A stretch of 64,000 nucleotides of DNA. It comes from Antedon mediterranea. Taxonomy: Eukaryota; Animalia; Echinodermata. Below are positions 1 through 36,500 of this stretch, in pieces. The notes under the pieces were generated by a model. It was not told where the DNA came from and did no database searches. It saw nothing but the letters and a program-made list of their open reading frames with translations. Location: NCBI RefSeq assembly GCF_964355755.1, contig NC_092677.1, forward strand, positions 4,610,101-4,674,100, written 5' to 3'. Position numbers and translations under genes: made by a program. Every line of letters begins with the position of its first letter. Position 1 is the stretch's first letter.

Positions 1-584
1 AAAAAAAAAAATATGTTAAGCCCTTTTTTTTCGTACAAAAGTTTTTTATTCTTTCATTTTAATGTTGACATATCATTTGATAGGTAATAATTATGAACTT
101 TTAACCTTATATTGTAGTTCTTTTCTTTTTAAATCCCATTCATTGCTAAAGGGTATTATGTAGGCTTACATTAGTAGATGTGATTTAGTACGCTTCACTA
201 CTGAATTCGCTCAACAGCGAGTGAAAGAAATCGTTAAACTAATACTATAGAGGGGGCTATACAACTTTACTGTATCTTTCATTGTTATAGGTCATTGGAA
301 TTTGTACTTGGATAAAAATGTAGATAACCTTGTTTGTTGTTATTGTTAAAAGGTACTAAAAGTCTATTTGTGCTGATACCTAAGTTTGTTTAATATTTTT
401 AAATAATTATTATTGTATTTTAATAGCTCATATTATTAGAATACAAAAATAGAAATATATTAAACAATGTTAGAAACTGATACTTCAAAAGTAAAACATA
501 ATCTCTACAAAATGTTTTGTCTTTTTATTAATTAGAATTAAATGTTAATTAATTAATTAAATGTTATTTTTATCTTTACAGAAG

Positions 585-24554
<23,970 letters not shown>

Positions 24555-25067
24555 ACTTCAACTCATGAAACTGAAAAACAATTCCAGAAATATGAAACAA
24601 CTGTAATTTAAAATTCCAGTACATAATAGTTTAGATTTCTGACTTATCCTCTCTTAATGAGGTATGTTTTATATTGTAATAATTAGTGCCTTTAATGTAT
24701 AAATATTTTATACCTGTGAATATGTATGCATCCAAGTATTCAAATGTTATGCAAATATATGTAAGCAAAAACATTTAGATGATTAGAAATTTTATACTGT
24801 TGATATATTATTACATTAGTAATAACGATCTAAGACGTCTTCCTAATTATTGTTGGAGATTTATAGATTTTGTTCAACAAAAACTGTTATTTCTTTTAGA
24901 ACCATGTCTTAGATTTCTTATTGTGAAAAAAAAGATTTTAAGTCTAAATAAACTGAAATAAATTTACATTTTGGCAAAATGTACTTACGATATAGTAGTT
25001 AATCAGTTTTAAATTGTAAAAACAATATATGTATAAGTTAAAATTACTAGATACTAAACTTTTTCAC

Positions 25068-25490
25068 TAAGCTCTTTTCTCAAGGGGTCAGGTCATATAA
25101 GATTTCTCTCAAGGGTCAGGTCATAAGCTCTTCTCTCAAGGGTCAGGTCATGTAAGCTCTAATTCCCTCATGGGTCAGGTCATCTAAGCTCTAATTCTCT
25201 CATGGGTCAGGTCATATAAGCTCTAATTCTCTCATGGGTCAGGTCATGTAAGCTCTAATTCTCTCATGGGTCAGGTCATATAAGCTCTAATTCTCTCATG
25301 GGTCAGGTCATGTAAGCTCTAATTCTCTCATGGGTCAGGTCATATAAGCTCTAATTCTCTCATGGGTCAGGTCATATAAGCTCTAATTCTCTCATGGGTC
25401 AGGTCATATAAGCTCTAATTCTCTCATGGGTCAGGTCATATAAGCTCTAATTCTCTCATGGGTCAGGTCATATAAGCTATTTTCTTAAAG
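25068..25490. repeat. 32-bp minisatellite, about 13 copies (gggtcaggtcatataagctctaattctctcat)
   Basis: Near-identical central copies, shorter degenerate edge copies, remnants to about 25592. Confidence 0.93.
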
Positions 25491-26911
25491 GTCATATAAT
25501 TTAAGCTCTTCCCTCAAAGGCCAAGCCATACACTGTAAGCTCTCTCTTTGGGCAGTCAGAACATGTAAGCTGTTCTTCCAAGGGTCAGGTCAGATAAACT
25601 TTACCAGACTGGTAAACTATATAGACTGCTCAATTACTACAATTGCCCAAAAGTAATATGCCTGAATTCTACAGGATTTCTTCTCTATATAAAATGCATG
25701 CACTTATAGATTGATACTTAATTTCAGACTAAATATTTTAAGCGATACAAGCTACCTTGACCAAGTCAGTTAGGTGAAAAATGATTTTATCAAATACAAT
25801 TCAATAAATGTACTTATAATCGTTTTAGCTGATACAATTTTAATTTTTTGTTTTAGTTTTAGAAATGCTTCTGCAATTTTAAATGTTCTTAGTTTCTCTA
25901 TTCTCTTTTATGATTTCTAAACAGTTATATAATAATTGTTTAAAATTGTGTTAGATAATTTTATATCAGCTAAACTTGCTGTGTGTACTGTAATACATGT
26001 ATTCTATTATTAATTAATTGATAATATTAATCACTGTTATATCTGAAATGCATTACTCTTTGATGGAATTGTAAAAATAATTATCCTTTTTTTTCTTATT
26101 TGTGACCTGATAACGATTGTATGTTTTTTGTTTGAATCATATTAATGAATTATAAAGAAAGATGTACATCCATATTAATCTGCCAGTTAATTTGTATGTA
26201 TGCTTATTTTTCAAAGTTCAATTCTATCACTAACTAATTCAAAACTATTTATGCATTTAATTTTTTATTCATTTAAATGCTATCAATCAAATTTAGAACC
26301 CATCAAATTTTTTACCAGGAAATTAGTTATGATTTTTATCATGTCTGGTCGACTCTCGAAGACAGCTTTGACAAAAACATGCTGGTGTCTTTTTCAGCTG
26401 GCGTCTGTAAGATATAGTCAGATCAGGTAGATGCTATGTCATTTTCAGTACCATTCATTACATAGTCATCAATTAGTTCTGTTTAAATGTTATTGTATTC
26501 ATGATTTAGGGTACGATCCATATGGAGTAGAACTCGGAGGAGACACATTTGTGACACAACAGGGTGTTCCCTGTTAATATAGGTGTCCCCTGAATAGAGG
26601 TTGGACCAGTGTTAAACTGTATTTCCTTTTGATTGTTTTATACGAAAGTATCCCATTAACAGGGGTGTCCCCTGAATAGGGGTATCCCAAAGAAGTGGTT
26701 CTATTTGAAATATTTTTCTAATATGTTTATTAGTTTTATACTTACTATTAATATTTTTTATTTGTATCTATAGTTCAAGCAAAGTGCACGCTGCATATGT
26801 CACCCTTTTGCTCAGTCAGAATTATTGTATTTTTTTTCCTGTAAATGGTGCTTGTCTCATGTATGATTTTAGAAAATGTTAAATATTAATATCACATGTA
26901 CTTATTTGTAG

Positions 26912-26917
26912 AATAAA
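26912..26917 (+). terminator. Candidate polyadenylation signal of PHLDB
   Basis: AATAAA preceded by TGTA elements; other AATAAA at 24957 and 25803 are equally possible. Confidence 0.3.
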
Positions 26918-27147
26918 ATACAACTTATTAGGTATAAACAAGTGTTTAATGAAAATTTGTATTCATGATTAGTTAATAATAACCATTATTGTATTATTTA
27001 AATCAGGTCATTTAATATTATAATTATATAATATATTATTTCATATAATAATAATTGATTGTATTTATACAATTATGTTGCATTGTTCTGAAACTCAGTG
27101 TATGATGAAGGCTATAGAGAATGAAACAAGACCCGACTCAAATCTAA

Positions 27148-27300
27148 AGCTCTGTCCACACTAACAAACTTTATGTGACAAACAAATGTGATGTTCCCAT
27201 ATATGAACATGATAATGTCATATCACTACCATATTTGGGCATAACACTACCATATTTTAGAAATTTTTTTGTCAAAATAGTTTGATAGTTTGACAGAGCT
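27148..27300. mobile_element. MITE family A
   Basis: Both TIRs, TAA TSD. Confidence 0.8.
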
Positions 27301-29387
27301 TAAAAGTAACATAATTACCCCAAAAAATTCTTCTTCAACAAAAATGTTTAAAATCAATCATTGTTATAATTAGTCACAGCAGTTTTCTTTTACAAAATCC
27401 ATGTATAATAATTTGAATGTAAAAATATTCTGTATATAATATTTTAATGTTGATTATGATATCTGTACAGTATTTTATATGTGATAATATTCATTTCTGT
27501 ATTTTATTATTATTATCTGTTTTAACCAGTATGTTGAATTATGCTAATTTTCAAACTATTCTTTTACTGCTTGACAGTGTTTCAGTATTCATTTTTTGCA
27601 TGGTTTTAATGTTCAATTGGCTGATTATATCGCTATTTTTTATGTAAATGATTGTACCATTATGATCCTATTCAATTTAAAGTGTTTAGTGTCATTAAAC
27701 TGTCTTATTCAAATCCAAAGCTGTCTTAAAAAAGTAAACATGTTATTCTTGCATTATGTTCTAATATGGGTACAAGATCCAAGCATTTCTGAGAAGTTAT
27801 TAGATTTTTTAAACGGAGGAGCGCTCTGTCAAAAATTGATTTCAAAATGTAGATCATAATTTCATTTTAGCTGTAAAAATATGAAGTGTGTCATAAGCAC
27901 AACCCCCTACCAGAGTAAATACTCAAACACATACAATAAAAATATTATAGTAGGCCAAAATCTAAAATAAAAAATAGAGGGCGCTATAGACAATTCATTC
28001 ATGCATGCAATTTATACTTTAATTTGAATCCTCAATATTACCAACATTTGGACCCTGTTGATAATATTTTGGGTTGGGTGTGGGCTATGGCAACATAAAT
28101 TGTTTTAGACTTTATTTGGTTTAAGTAATGCTTGCTAGTTGCGAGGTTAAACCCAGATACTCTCTGACCAATCAAATATCAGAATGTCTGATAACTTTTA
28201 ACCAATCAAATACCAGCATCAAAAGTACATATTCAAGGTTGACAAAGACATAAAGTACAATGATTTATTCCAATTAGATTTTAAAATTAGAATTTTCATT
28301 TATGGACATACTTAGCCCACCAATTGAGCAAGTGTCGTTTATAATTCTTATTTTCTGATAAGCTATTTTTATGCATAATTTACCATGTGAAGTATTATTA
28401 TTTTATATTATTATGTTAAAATGAAATAAACATACAAATATAAAAGATTATTGAAAGATGTGGTTCAGTATTGCGATTTTTTTTTAATTGTTTTAATTTT
28501 TATTGTGGTTTGTGAAAATTATCATTATTTTTATTAATTATTTTGTTTTTATCTTGATTGTATTATTGATGTTTTTATGTTCTTGTGAATATTACAATTT
28601 ATTAAAAGAATGCAGAACATAATGTTACTTTAATTGTTGGTGTATTATTATAATATTAATGTATATAAATTAAAAAATAAACCTTTAAATTATATTATTA
28701 TTTAAATGTACGACTTACATCATACAGCTTTGCAATCGAGCAGCTGTCTCTGATAAACATTAAAACAAGTCTAGCGCCCTCTATTTTGTCAAGTTTTGGT
28801 ACGCCTATAAATTATCCGAGAGTAACAATTTACAATGATGAATTTCGTATGATAGATGTTTGTGTAGGCTTATTGTACGGAAATGTTTGGCAATACCAGG
28901 AAAGAGTGAATCTTATTTTTTTATGGCAAAATAAAACTATCACTGACATATCAAAACGTTTTTCTTCATTATTTGTAATCACCAAAATTATTTAAAAGAA
29001 AATCGTTATAGGTTACATGTGCATAATAGCTGAAATATACAATTGACTGCTGTATTATCATATCTTTTAAATATTAGGCCTCTAAAAATAAAATCATCAC
29101 CAGTATTTAGGCCTACTATTAATCTGATGTCTTCGTATGACCACATACATATTTCGGCATTATCACCATTATCACCTTAGTTACAATTATCAACTTTTAT
29201 TTGCATTGCATGCTTTTTCCAACAACCAAATTGTATATACACAGACTATAATATTATTATATTATTATTAAACATCACCCAGGCCTCAGTAGGCCAGCCC
29301 TTATGTGTCTTTAACCATTATTAAGTATGATTGTGCAGTAAATTTACGGCAATCTAACAGTAAGTAGTATTAGTGAACACACTCTAA

Positions 29388-29589
29388 ATCGTGGTTCCCA
29401 CTAGAACGCAACGCAGCGACGTATCGCCGCAAAGTGCTGTATTGCGTAATCACAACTGGGAATCGACGACGCAATAGTGCTGCAAACATCGCAGGTTTGA
29501 TTTCACGTAGACAGGGGCAAACACAATTATTGGAAGGGCATTTTCTTACGTTGCGTAGGTTGCGTTGCGTCGCTAGTGGGAACCAAGCA
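29388..29589. mobile_element. MITE family B
   Basis: tggttcccactagaacgcaacgca / tgcgttgcgtcgctagtgggaacca TIRs, TAA flanks; interior differs from the copy at 888. Confidence 0.8.
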
Positions 29590-29764
29590 TAAGAATTCCC
29601 GCCGTCCGATCAATTAATAAACATTATATTATGTCTATTACATGGCGTCGGTGCTGTTAAATTTATCTTTGAACTTAGGCCCTATAACATAGATGATGGG
29701 GGGGGGGATTAGTTGATCCAACAGAAAACTTTTCAAGGTACGTACAAATGCAAAGAATATTCTT

Positions 29765-29921
29765 GGTATGCCACCGGTTAGATCCGGTTTAGAATACGCG
29801 CCGGATGTTGCAGACGACTAGATTAGCCAATCAGCACAAAGTATTTGCTAATTAACATACTAAGTTGCCCCAGCTTTGGGCCATTTTGGAAGAAGACGAC
29901 GAAGAGAAGACTGCGGCGAGA
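29765..29921 (+). promoter_or_regulatory. Candidate promoter and 5' UTR of a second transcription unit
   Basis: Local CpG enrichment, NF-Y-type box agCCAATcag at 29827, YY1-type GCCATTTT at 29880, followed by a strong donor. Confidence 0.55.
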
Positions 29922-29952
29922 ATGGTGCCCGACGAAAAAGAGATGGCAATAG
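29922..29952 (+). CDS. Candidate first exon of an unidentified gene (MVPDEKEMAI-G)
   Basis: agaATGg Kozak-like start, donor AG|gtaggt, phase 1; coding status unproven. Confidence 0.4.
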
Positions 29953-31144
29953 GTAGGTGTTATATTTTGTTTAAAAATATACACTATTTGACCATAATTC
30001 CTGCCTTTGACAACTTTAATTATAACATAGTATTATACAGAAATTTTGTAACATAAATTAGTGGTTAAATAAATCGAATTCGACCAATTTATACAGTTTT
30101 AAACTGAGCTAAAGTATTTACTCAACAATGTTACTCTGCTGTTCCGCTACTTGTCCATTCCATCTCTTCTCACTTCGTATGGAACTCTTATTGAAACATA
30201 ATTATACACATTTATGATAAAATGTAGATTTTGTGTTACCAGAGTTCCTTTCAATGTTATTTTGAATCTTTTACAACCAGTTACAAAATGTTTTCGCCGT
30301 AAATATTCTCTTCCAAAACCGACCACACAACGTTGATTGAACGACGACATTTTGGTCTTTACTTGAACCATACCTAGTTCTAATTCAATTTTAATGAAAC
30401 ATTAATTATTTTATTTATTTATTGACATTCATAATCTAGGATGTATAAAATACATAATAATGTATAATTGTGTAAATAATTAGCGGATTGTTTTGCGTGT
30501 TTTGTGGTTAGTTTTATCGTGCATTTCGAAAATTTTTCCCACAGTTTCTGAAATCATGGGTTCATTTATTGTTCGTTTTAATTTTGGTTTTTGGTGCTAC
30601 TATATTTGTGTTTTTATTTGAATACCTGATACTGTTTTTTTAAAATAATTTGATATGCCTAGGTAGATGAATTTTAGTGATTTTTTTAATAGCCTCTTTG
30701 TAAAAAGAGTTGTTGCATAGGCCTACATTCTTTATTTACATAAACAGCTGAGCTATCAAATCCAAACTTAATTCAACCAATTTTTTCTCCTTTTTGTAAT
30801 TTATTCTAATAACTGAGTTAGGCCTAAGTATTGAATTTTGTAGACAATTTTATATATGCTTTAAATTTTTTATTTATCATTTTCTAGGCCAAAGTTTACC
30901 ATAATAGTAGGCCTATGATATGGTTTTTCTTGGGGTCCTCCTTGGTACCCTCATGTCTGCAGGATGTTTTTAGATATTTTATCTATCAAAAAAAATACAA
31001 ATTCTACTTTATTTTTAAAATTCTCAGTTATTGAATGTTTTAAATACATATCTTAAATTAATTTATATATTGCCTTTACTATTTTTATGGTTATTTTTAT
31101 TATGTAAATTTTAAGAATGTTTACAAGCTAAAATTCTTTTGCAG

Positions 31145-31168
31145 GTCTGACTTCAAATTTAAACAACG
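31145..31168 (+). CDS. Candidate 24-nt microexon (G-LTSNLNN-G)
   Basis: ttcttttgcag acceptor, ACG|gtaata donor, phase 1-1, open in frame with 29922-29952. Confidence 0.35.
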
Positions 31169-31301
31169 GTAATACGTTATAAAATTTAACACTTTTGGTC
31201 ATTTATGTTGGTCTACTGTAGTCTCTTTGCTCTCCGACCATTTGAAGATGTTACAGCACTACACGACATCTTTTTACGCTATTCATAAAAAAAAGTTTTT
31301 T

Positions 31302-31475
31302 GGCCTAGATGTTTTGCACGTTCCGGCCTAGATGTTGATTTTGGGTGTTCCGGCCTAGATGTTGATTTTGGGTGTTCCGGCCTAGATGTTTATTTTTTGT
31401 TTTCCGGCCTAGATGTTTTATTTTTGTGTGTTCCGGCCTAGATGTTGTTTTTTTTGTGTTCCGGCCTAGATGTTT
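31302..31475. repeat. Short tandem array, 7 copies of ttccggcctagatgtt with T-rich linkers (period 23-29 bp)
   Basis: Direct inspection. Confidence 0.88.
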
Positions 31476-32644
31476 TTATGAAGACACCAAAGTAAGACCT
31501 AACCAATACAACCACAAAACTAACATATAGATATTGCAAATATTTAAAATATCTATGTGTTAATTTGTGGTTATTCCTTTACAGATGACTAACACTATTA
31601 GAATAAGTTTATTCACAGATTGATGCTATTCTGTTTTACCCCTCCTCCCATCCACATACAAACATTATACAATATATTATATACAATCTATTATAATATA
31701 AAATATATATTTGTATGTGTAGCCTATTGTTGTATCATGCATTGGTAGGTTAGAAATGTTATTTATTATGTTACAAATGTAGTCTGATAATGTGTTATAT
31801 GCTTGTATTTCAATTAAATTATTAGATATTTATAAGTTTAACTTGTACTAAAGTTTCATTTTATAATGTACAATGTAGTATGTATTTTAGTATCATCTTG
31901 AAGTATATAAGTATGTTTGTATATCTGTTTACATAGTATTGTATAATAATACACATTATGTTATAATGTATAACATTTTTTATATTATTCATACAATATT
32001 TATCATATTTTATATTATACTATTATATATGCTTGTATTATAGTGCATTTGTTTCAGTAACTAACACATTAACAGATTGAGGATGCCACCTGTATGACAG
32101 TCTTTGGAGCTACACAGTTTTGATTTCTATTTTTATGCATATTTTATGATTAAACTGATTATAATTGCATTATTATATGAAATGTTTAAATTACATCAGC
32201 GTCACTCATTATACACAATTGTAAGTCAGTAAACAATAAGTTACAAACATCCATCATGTTCAACATAGTATAGAACAATTGTAAGAGTAAGTTAAATGGA
32301 ACACCATCATGTACACATTGTTTTTACAATTGTAAGTAGTTAAGACATACTAAATATTAAATGATGTATACAATTGTAAGATGATTATAACACTTAGATA
32401 ATGCATGATACAACCCCAGTTGTGCATCCCCCCTCCCTCTATTCCCTTGCACACTGGTTTTTACCCTATGGAAATGGAAGCACAAAGGTAGGTACTAACG
32501 CAGCAAGACATCGCTTCAAGCATCCAAGCATCAAACCAAGTAAGATTTTGTAACTAGCTGTTAGGGACTGTCTGCGGTTTCAAATGTAGCCCCAGCTACT
32601 AATGGTTAAAATTGACTTTCCTTTATGTTTTAGAGTTAAGTAGT

Positions 32645-33520
32645 GGATCGTGAAAATTCATATAGAAATAAATTTTATTTAAATGGTTGTCTGTGTCTTT
32701 TATTTTATTTAACTCTACCTAATTTCTTTCACAGGATCGCGAATTTATTTTGAATAAATTTTTTTTCAAATGGTTGTCTGTGTCTTTTATTTAACCAAAT
32801 TCTACCTATTTCTTTCACAGGATCGCAAATTTATTTTGAAATAAATGTTTTTAAATTGGTGTCTGTGTCTTTTATTTGATCAAACTGCCTAATTTCTTTC
32901 ACAATATTGTGAATTTATTTTTTAAATGGTTGTCCCGTGTCTTTTTTTTTATTCAATTAAATTCTACCTATTTCTTTCACAGAATCGCGAATTTAATTTG
33001 GAAATAAATTTTTTTAAATGGTTGTCCGTGTCTTTTATTTTATCCAACTCTACACAATTTCTTACACAGGATCGCAAATTTATTTTGAAATAAATTTTTT
33101 TAAATGGTTGTCGGTCTTTTATTTCATCAAATTTCTACCTAATTTCTTTCACAAGATCGCAGGTTTATTTTGAAATAAATGTTTTTAAATTGGTGTCTGT
33201 GTCTTTTATTTGATCAAACTGCCTAATTTCTTTCACAATATCGCGAATTTATTTTTTAAATGATTGTCGTGTGTCTTTTATTTTATTAAATTCTACCGAA
33301 TTTCTTTCACAGGATCGCAAATTTATTTTGAATAAAATTTTTTTAAATGGTGTCCGTGTCTTTTATTTTACTAAAACTCTACCTAATTTCTTTCACAGGA
33401 TTGAAAATATATTTTGAAATAAATTTGTTTTAAATGGTTGTCATGTGTCTTTTATTTTATTAAATTCCACCGAATTTCTTTCACAGGATCGCGAATTTAT
33501 TTTGAAATAAATTGTTTTAG
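32645..33520. repeat. About 85-bp tandem repeat, 10-11 diverged copies
   Basis: Recurring ctaatttctttcacaggatcgc-aatttattttgaaataaatt-aaatggttgtc.gtgtctttta, spacing 74-88 bp. Confidence 0.9.
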
Positions 33521-36500
33521 ATTTGTCTTATTTAACCGATCAACCAACAATAAAAACTAAAATGTGCACCCAGTTCAAATTTACTTTATTTGTTATTTGT
33601 TAGACCACTAAATAATTTAAATTAACTATGTAACTAACACCCTCTGGGCAAGATCTTTTTTATTTCAGGTTGTCTGTGATGTATTCGACATTCAACTCGC
33701 CCAGTCAAGATGTACACCCTATAACAAGACAATTGATGTATTCAACATTCAACTCGCCCAGTCAAGATGTACACCCTATAACAAGACAATTGATGTATTC
33801 AAAATTCAACTCGCCCAGTGAAGATGTACACCCTATAACAAGACAATTGATGTATTCAACATTCAACTCATCCAGTCAAGATGTACACCCTATAACAAGA
33901 CAATTGATGTAGCCAACATTCATCTCATCCAGTCAAGATGTACACCCTATAACAAGACAATTGATGTAGCCAACATTCATCTCATCCAGTCAAGATGTAC
34001 ACCCAATAACAAGACAATTGATGTTTTCAGTATTCAACTCATCCAGTCAAGATGTACACCCAATAACAAGACAATTGATGTTTTCAATATTCAACTCATC
34101 CAGTCAAGATGCTCGCCCTATAACAAGACAATTGATGTAGCCAACATTCAATTCATCCAGTCAAGATGTACACCCTATAACAAGACAATTGATGCATTCA
34201 ACATTCATCTCATCCAGTCAAGATGTACACCCTATAACAAGACAATTGATGTATTCAACATTCATCTCATCCAGTCAAGATGTACACCCTAAAACAAGAC
34301 AATTGATGTATTCAACATTCAACTCATCCAGTCAAGATGTACACCCTATAACAAGACAATTGATGCATTCAACATTCAACTAATCCAGTCAAGATGCTCA
34401 CCCTATAACAAGACAATTGATGTATTCAACATTCAACTCATCCAGTCAAGATGTACACCCTATAACAAGACAATTGATGTATTCAACATCTCAACCAGTC
34501 AAGATGTACACCCTATAACAAGACAATTGATACATTTAACAATTTATCTCATCCAGTCAAGATGTACACCCTATAACAAGACAATTGATGCATTCAACAT
34601 TCATCTCATCCAGTCAGATGTACACCCCCATAACAAGACAATTGATGTATTCAACATTTATCTCATCCAGTCAAGACGTACACCCTATAACAAGACAATT
34701 GATGTATTCAACATTCATCTCATCCAGTCAAGGTGTACACCCCCATAACAAGACAATTGATGTAGCCAACATTCATCTCATCCAGTCAAGATGTACACCC
34801 TATAACAAGACAATTGATGTAGTCAACATTCATCTCATCCAGTCAAGGTGTACACCCTATAACAAGACAATTGATGTATTCAACATTCATCTCATCCAGT
34901 CAAGGTGTACACCCTATAACAAGACAATTGATGTAGCCAACATTCATCTCATCCAGTGAATTTGTACACCCTATAACAAGACAATTGATGTATTCAACAT
35001 TCAACTCATCCAGTCAAGATGTACACCCTATAAGAAGACAATTGATGTATTAAACATTCATCTCATCCAGTCAAGATGTACACCCTATAACAAGACAATT
35101 GATGTATTCAACATTCAACTCATCCAGTCAAGATGTACACCCTATAACAAGACAATTGATGTATTCAACATTCAACTCATCCAGTCAAGATGTACACCCT
35201 ATAACAAGACAATTGATGTAGCCAACATTCACCTCATCCAGTCAGATGTACACCCTATAAGAAGACAATTGATGTATTCAACATTCAACTCATCCAGTCA
35301 AGATGTACACCCTATAACAAGACAATTGATGTATTCAACATTCAACTCATCCAGTCAAGATGTACACCCTATAAAAAGACAATTGATGTAGCCAACATTC
35401 ATCTCATCCAGTCAAGATGTACACCCTATAACAAGACAATTGATGTATTCAACATTCATCTCATCCAGTCAAGATGTACACCCCATAACAAGACAATTGA
35501 TGTATTCAACATTCAACTCATCCAGTCAAATGTATACCCTATAACAAGAAAATTGATGTGTTCAACATTCATCTCATCCAGTCAAGATGTACACCCTATA
35601 ACAAGACAATTGATGTATTCAACATTCAACTCATCCAGTCAAGATGTACACCCTATAACAAGACAATTGATGCATTCAACATTCATCTCATCCAGTCAGA
35701 TGTACACCCTATAACAAGACAATTGATGTATTCAACATTTATCTAATCCAGTCAAGACGTACACCCTATAACAAGACAATTGATGTATTCAACATTCATC
35801 TCATCCAGTCAAGATGTAGACCCCCATAACAAGACAATTGATGTAGCCAACATTCATCTCATCCAGTCAAGATGTACACCCTATAACAAGACAATTGATG
35901 TAGTCAACATTCATCTCATCCAGTCAAGGTGTACACCCTATAACAAGACAATTGATGTATTCAACATTCATCTCATCCAGTCAAGGTGTACACCCTATAA
36001 CAAGACAATTGATGTAGCCAACATTCATCTCATCCAGTGAATTTGTACACCCTATAACAAGACAATTGATGTATTCAACATTCAACTCATCCAGTCAAGA
36101 TGTACACCCTATAACAAGACAATTGATGTATTCAACATTCATCTCATCCAAGATGTACACCCTATAACAAGACAATTGATGTATTCAACATTCAACTCAT
36201 CCAGTCAAGATGTACACCCTATAACAAGACAATTGATGTATTCAACATTCAACTCATCCAGTCAAGATGTACACCCTATAACAAGACAATTGATGTAGCC
36301 AACATTCACCTCATCCAGTCAGATGTACACCCTATAAGAAGACAATTGATGTATTCAACATTCAACTCATCCAGTCAAGATGTACACCCTATAACAAGAC
36401 AATTGATGTATTCAACATTCAACTCATCCAGTCAAGATGTACACCCTATAACAAGACAATTGATGTAGCCAACATTCATCTCATCCAGTCAAGATGTACA

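Noticed and set aside
31302-31475. CRISPR-like repeat-spacer pattern
   Set aside because: Linkers are short, T-rich and related to each other; this is a minisatellite
31585-32100. Further AG acceptors (31584, about 32075) as coding exons of the second gene
   Set aside because: Stop codons follow immediately in the required phase; could only be non-coding or terminal exons, which is unsupported
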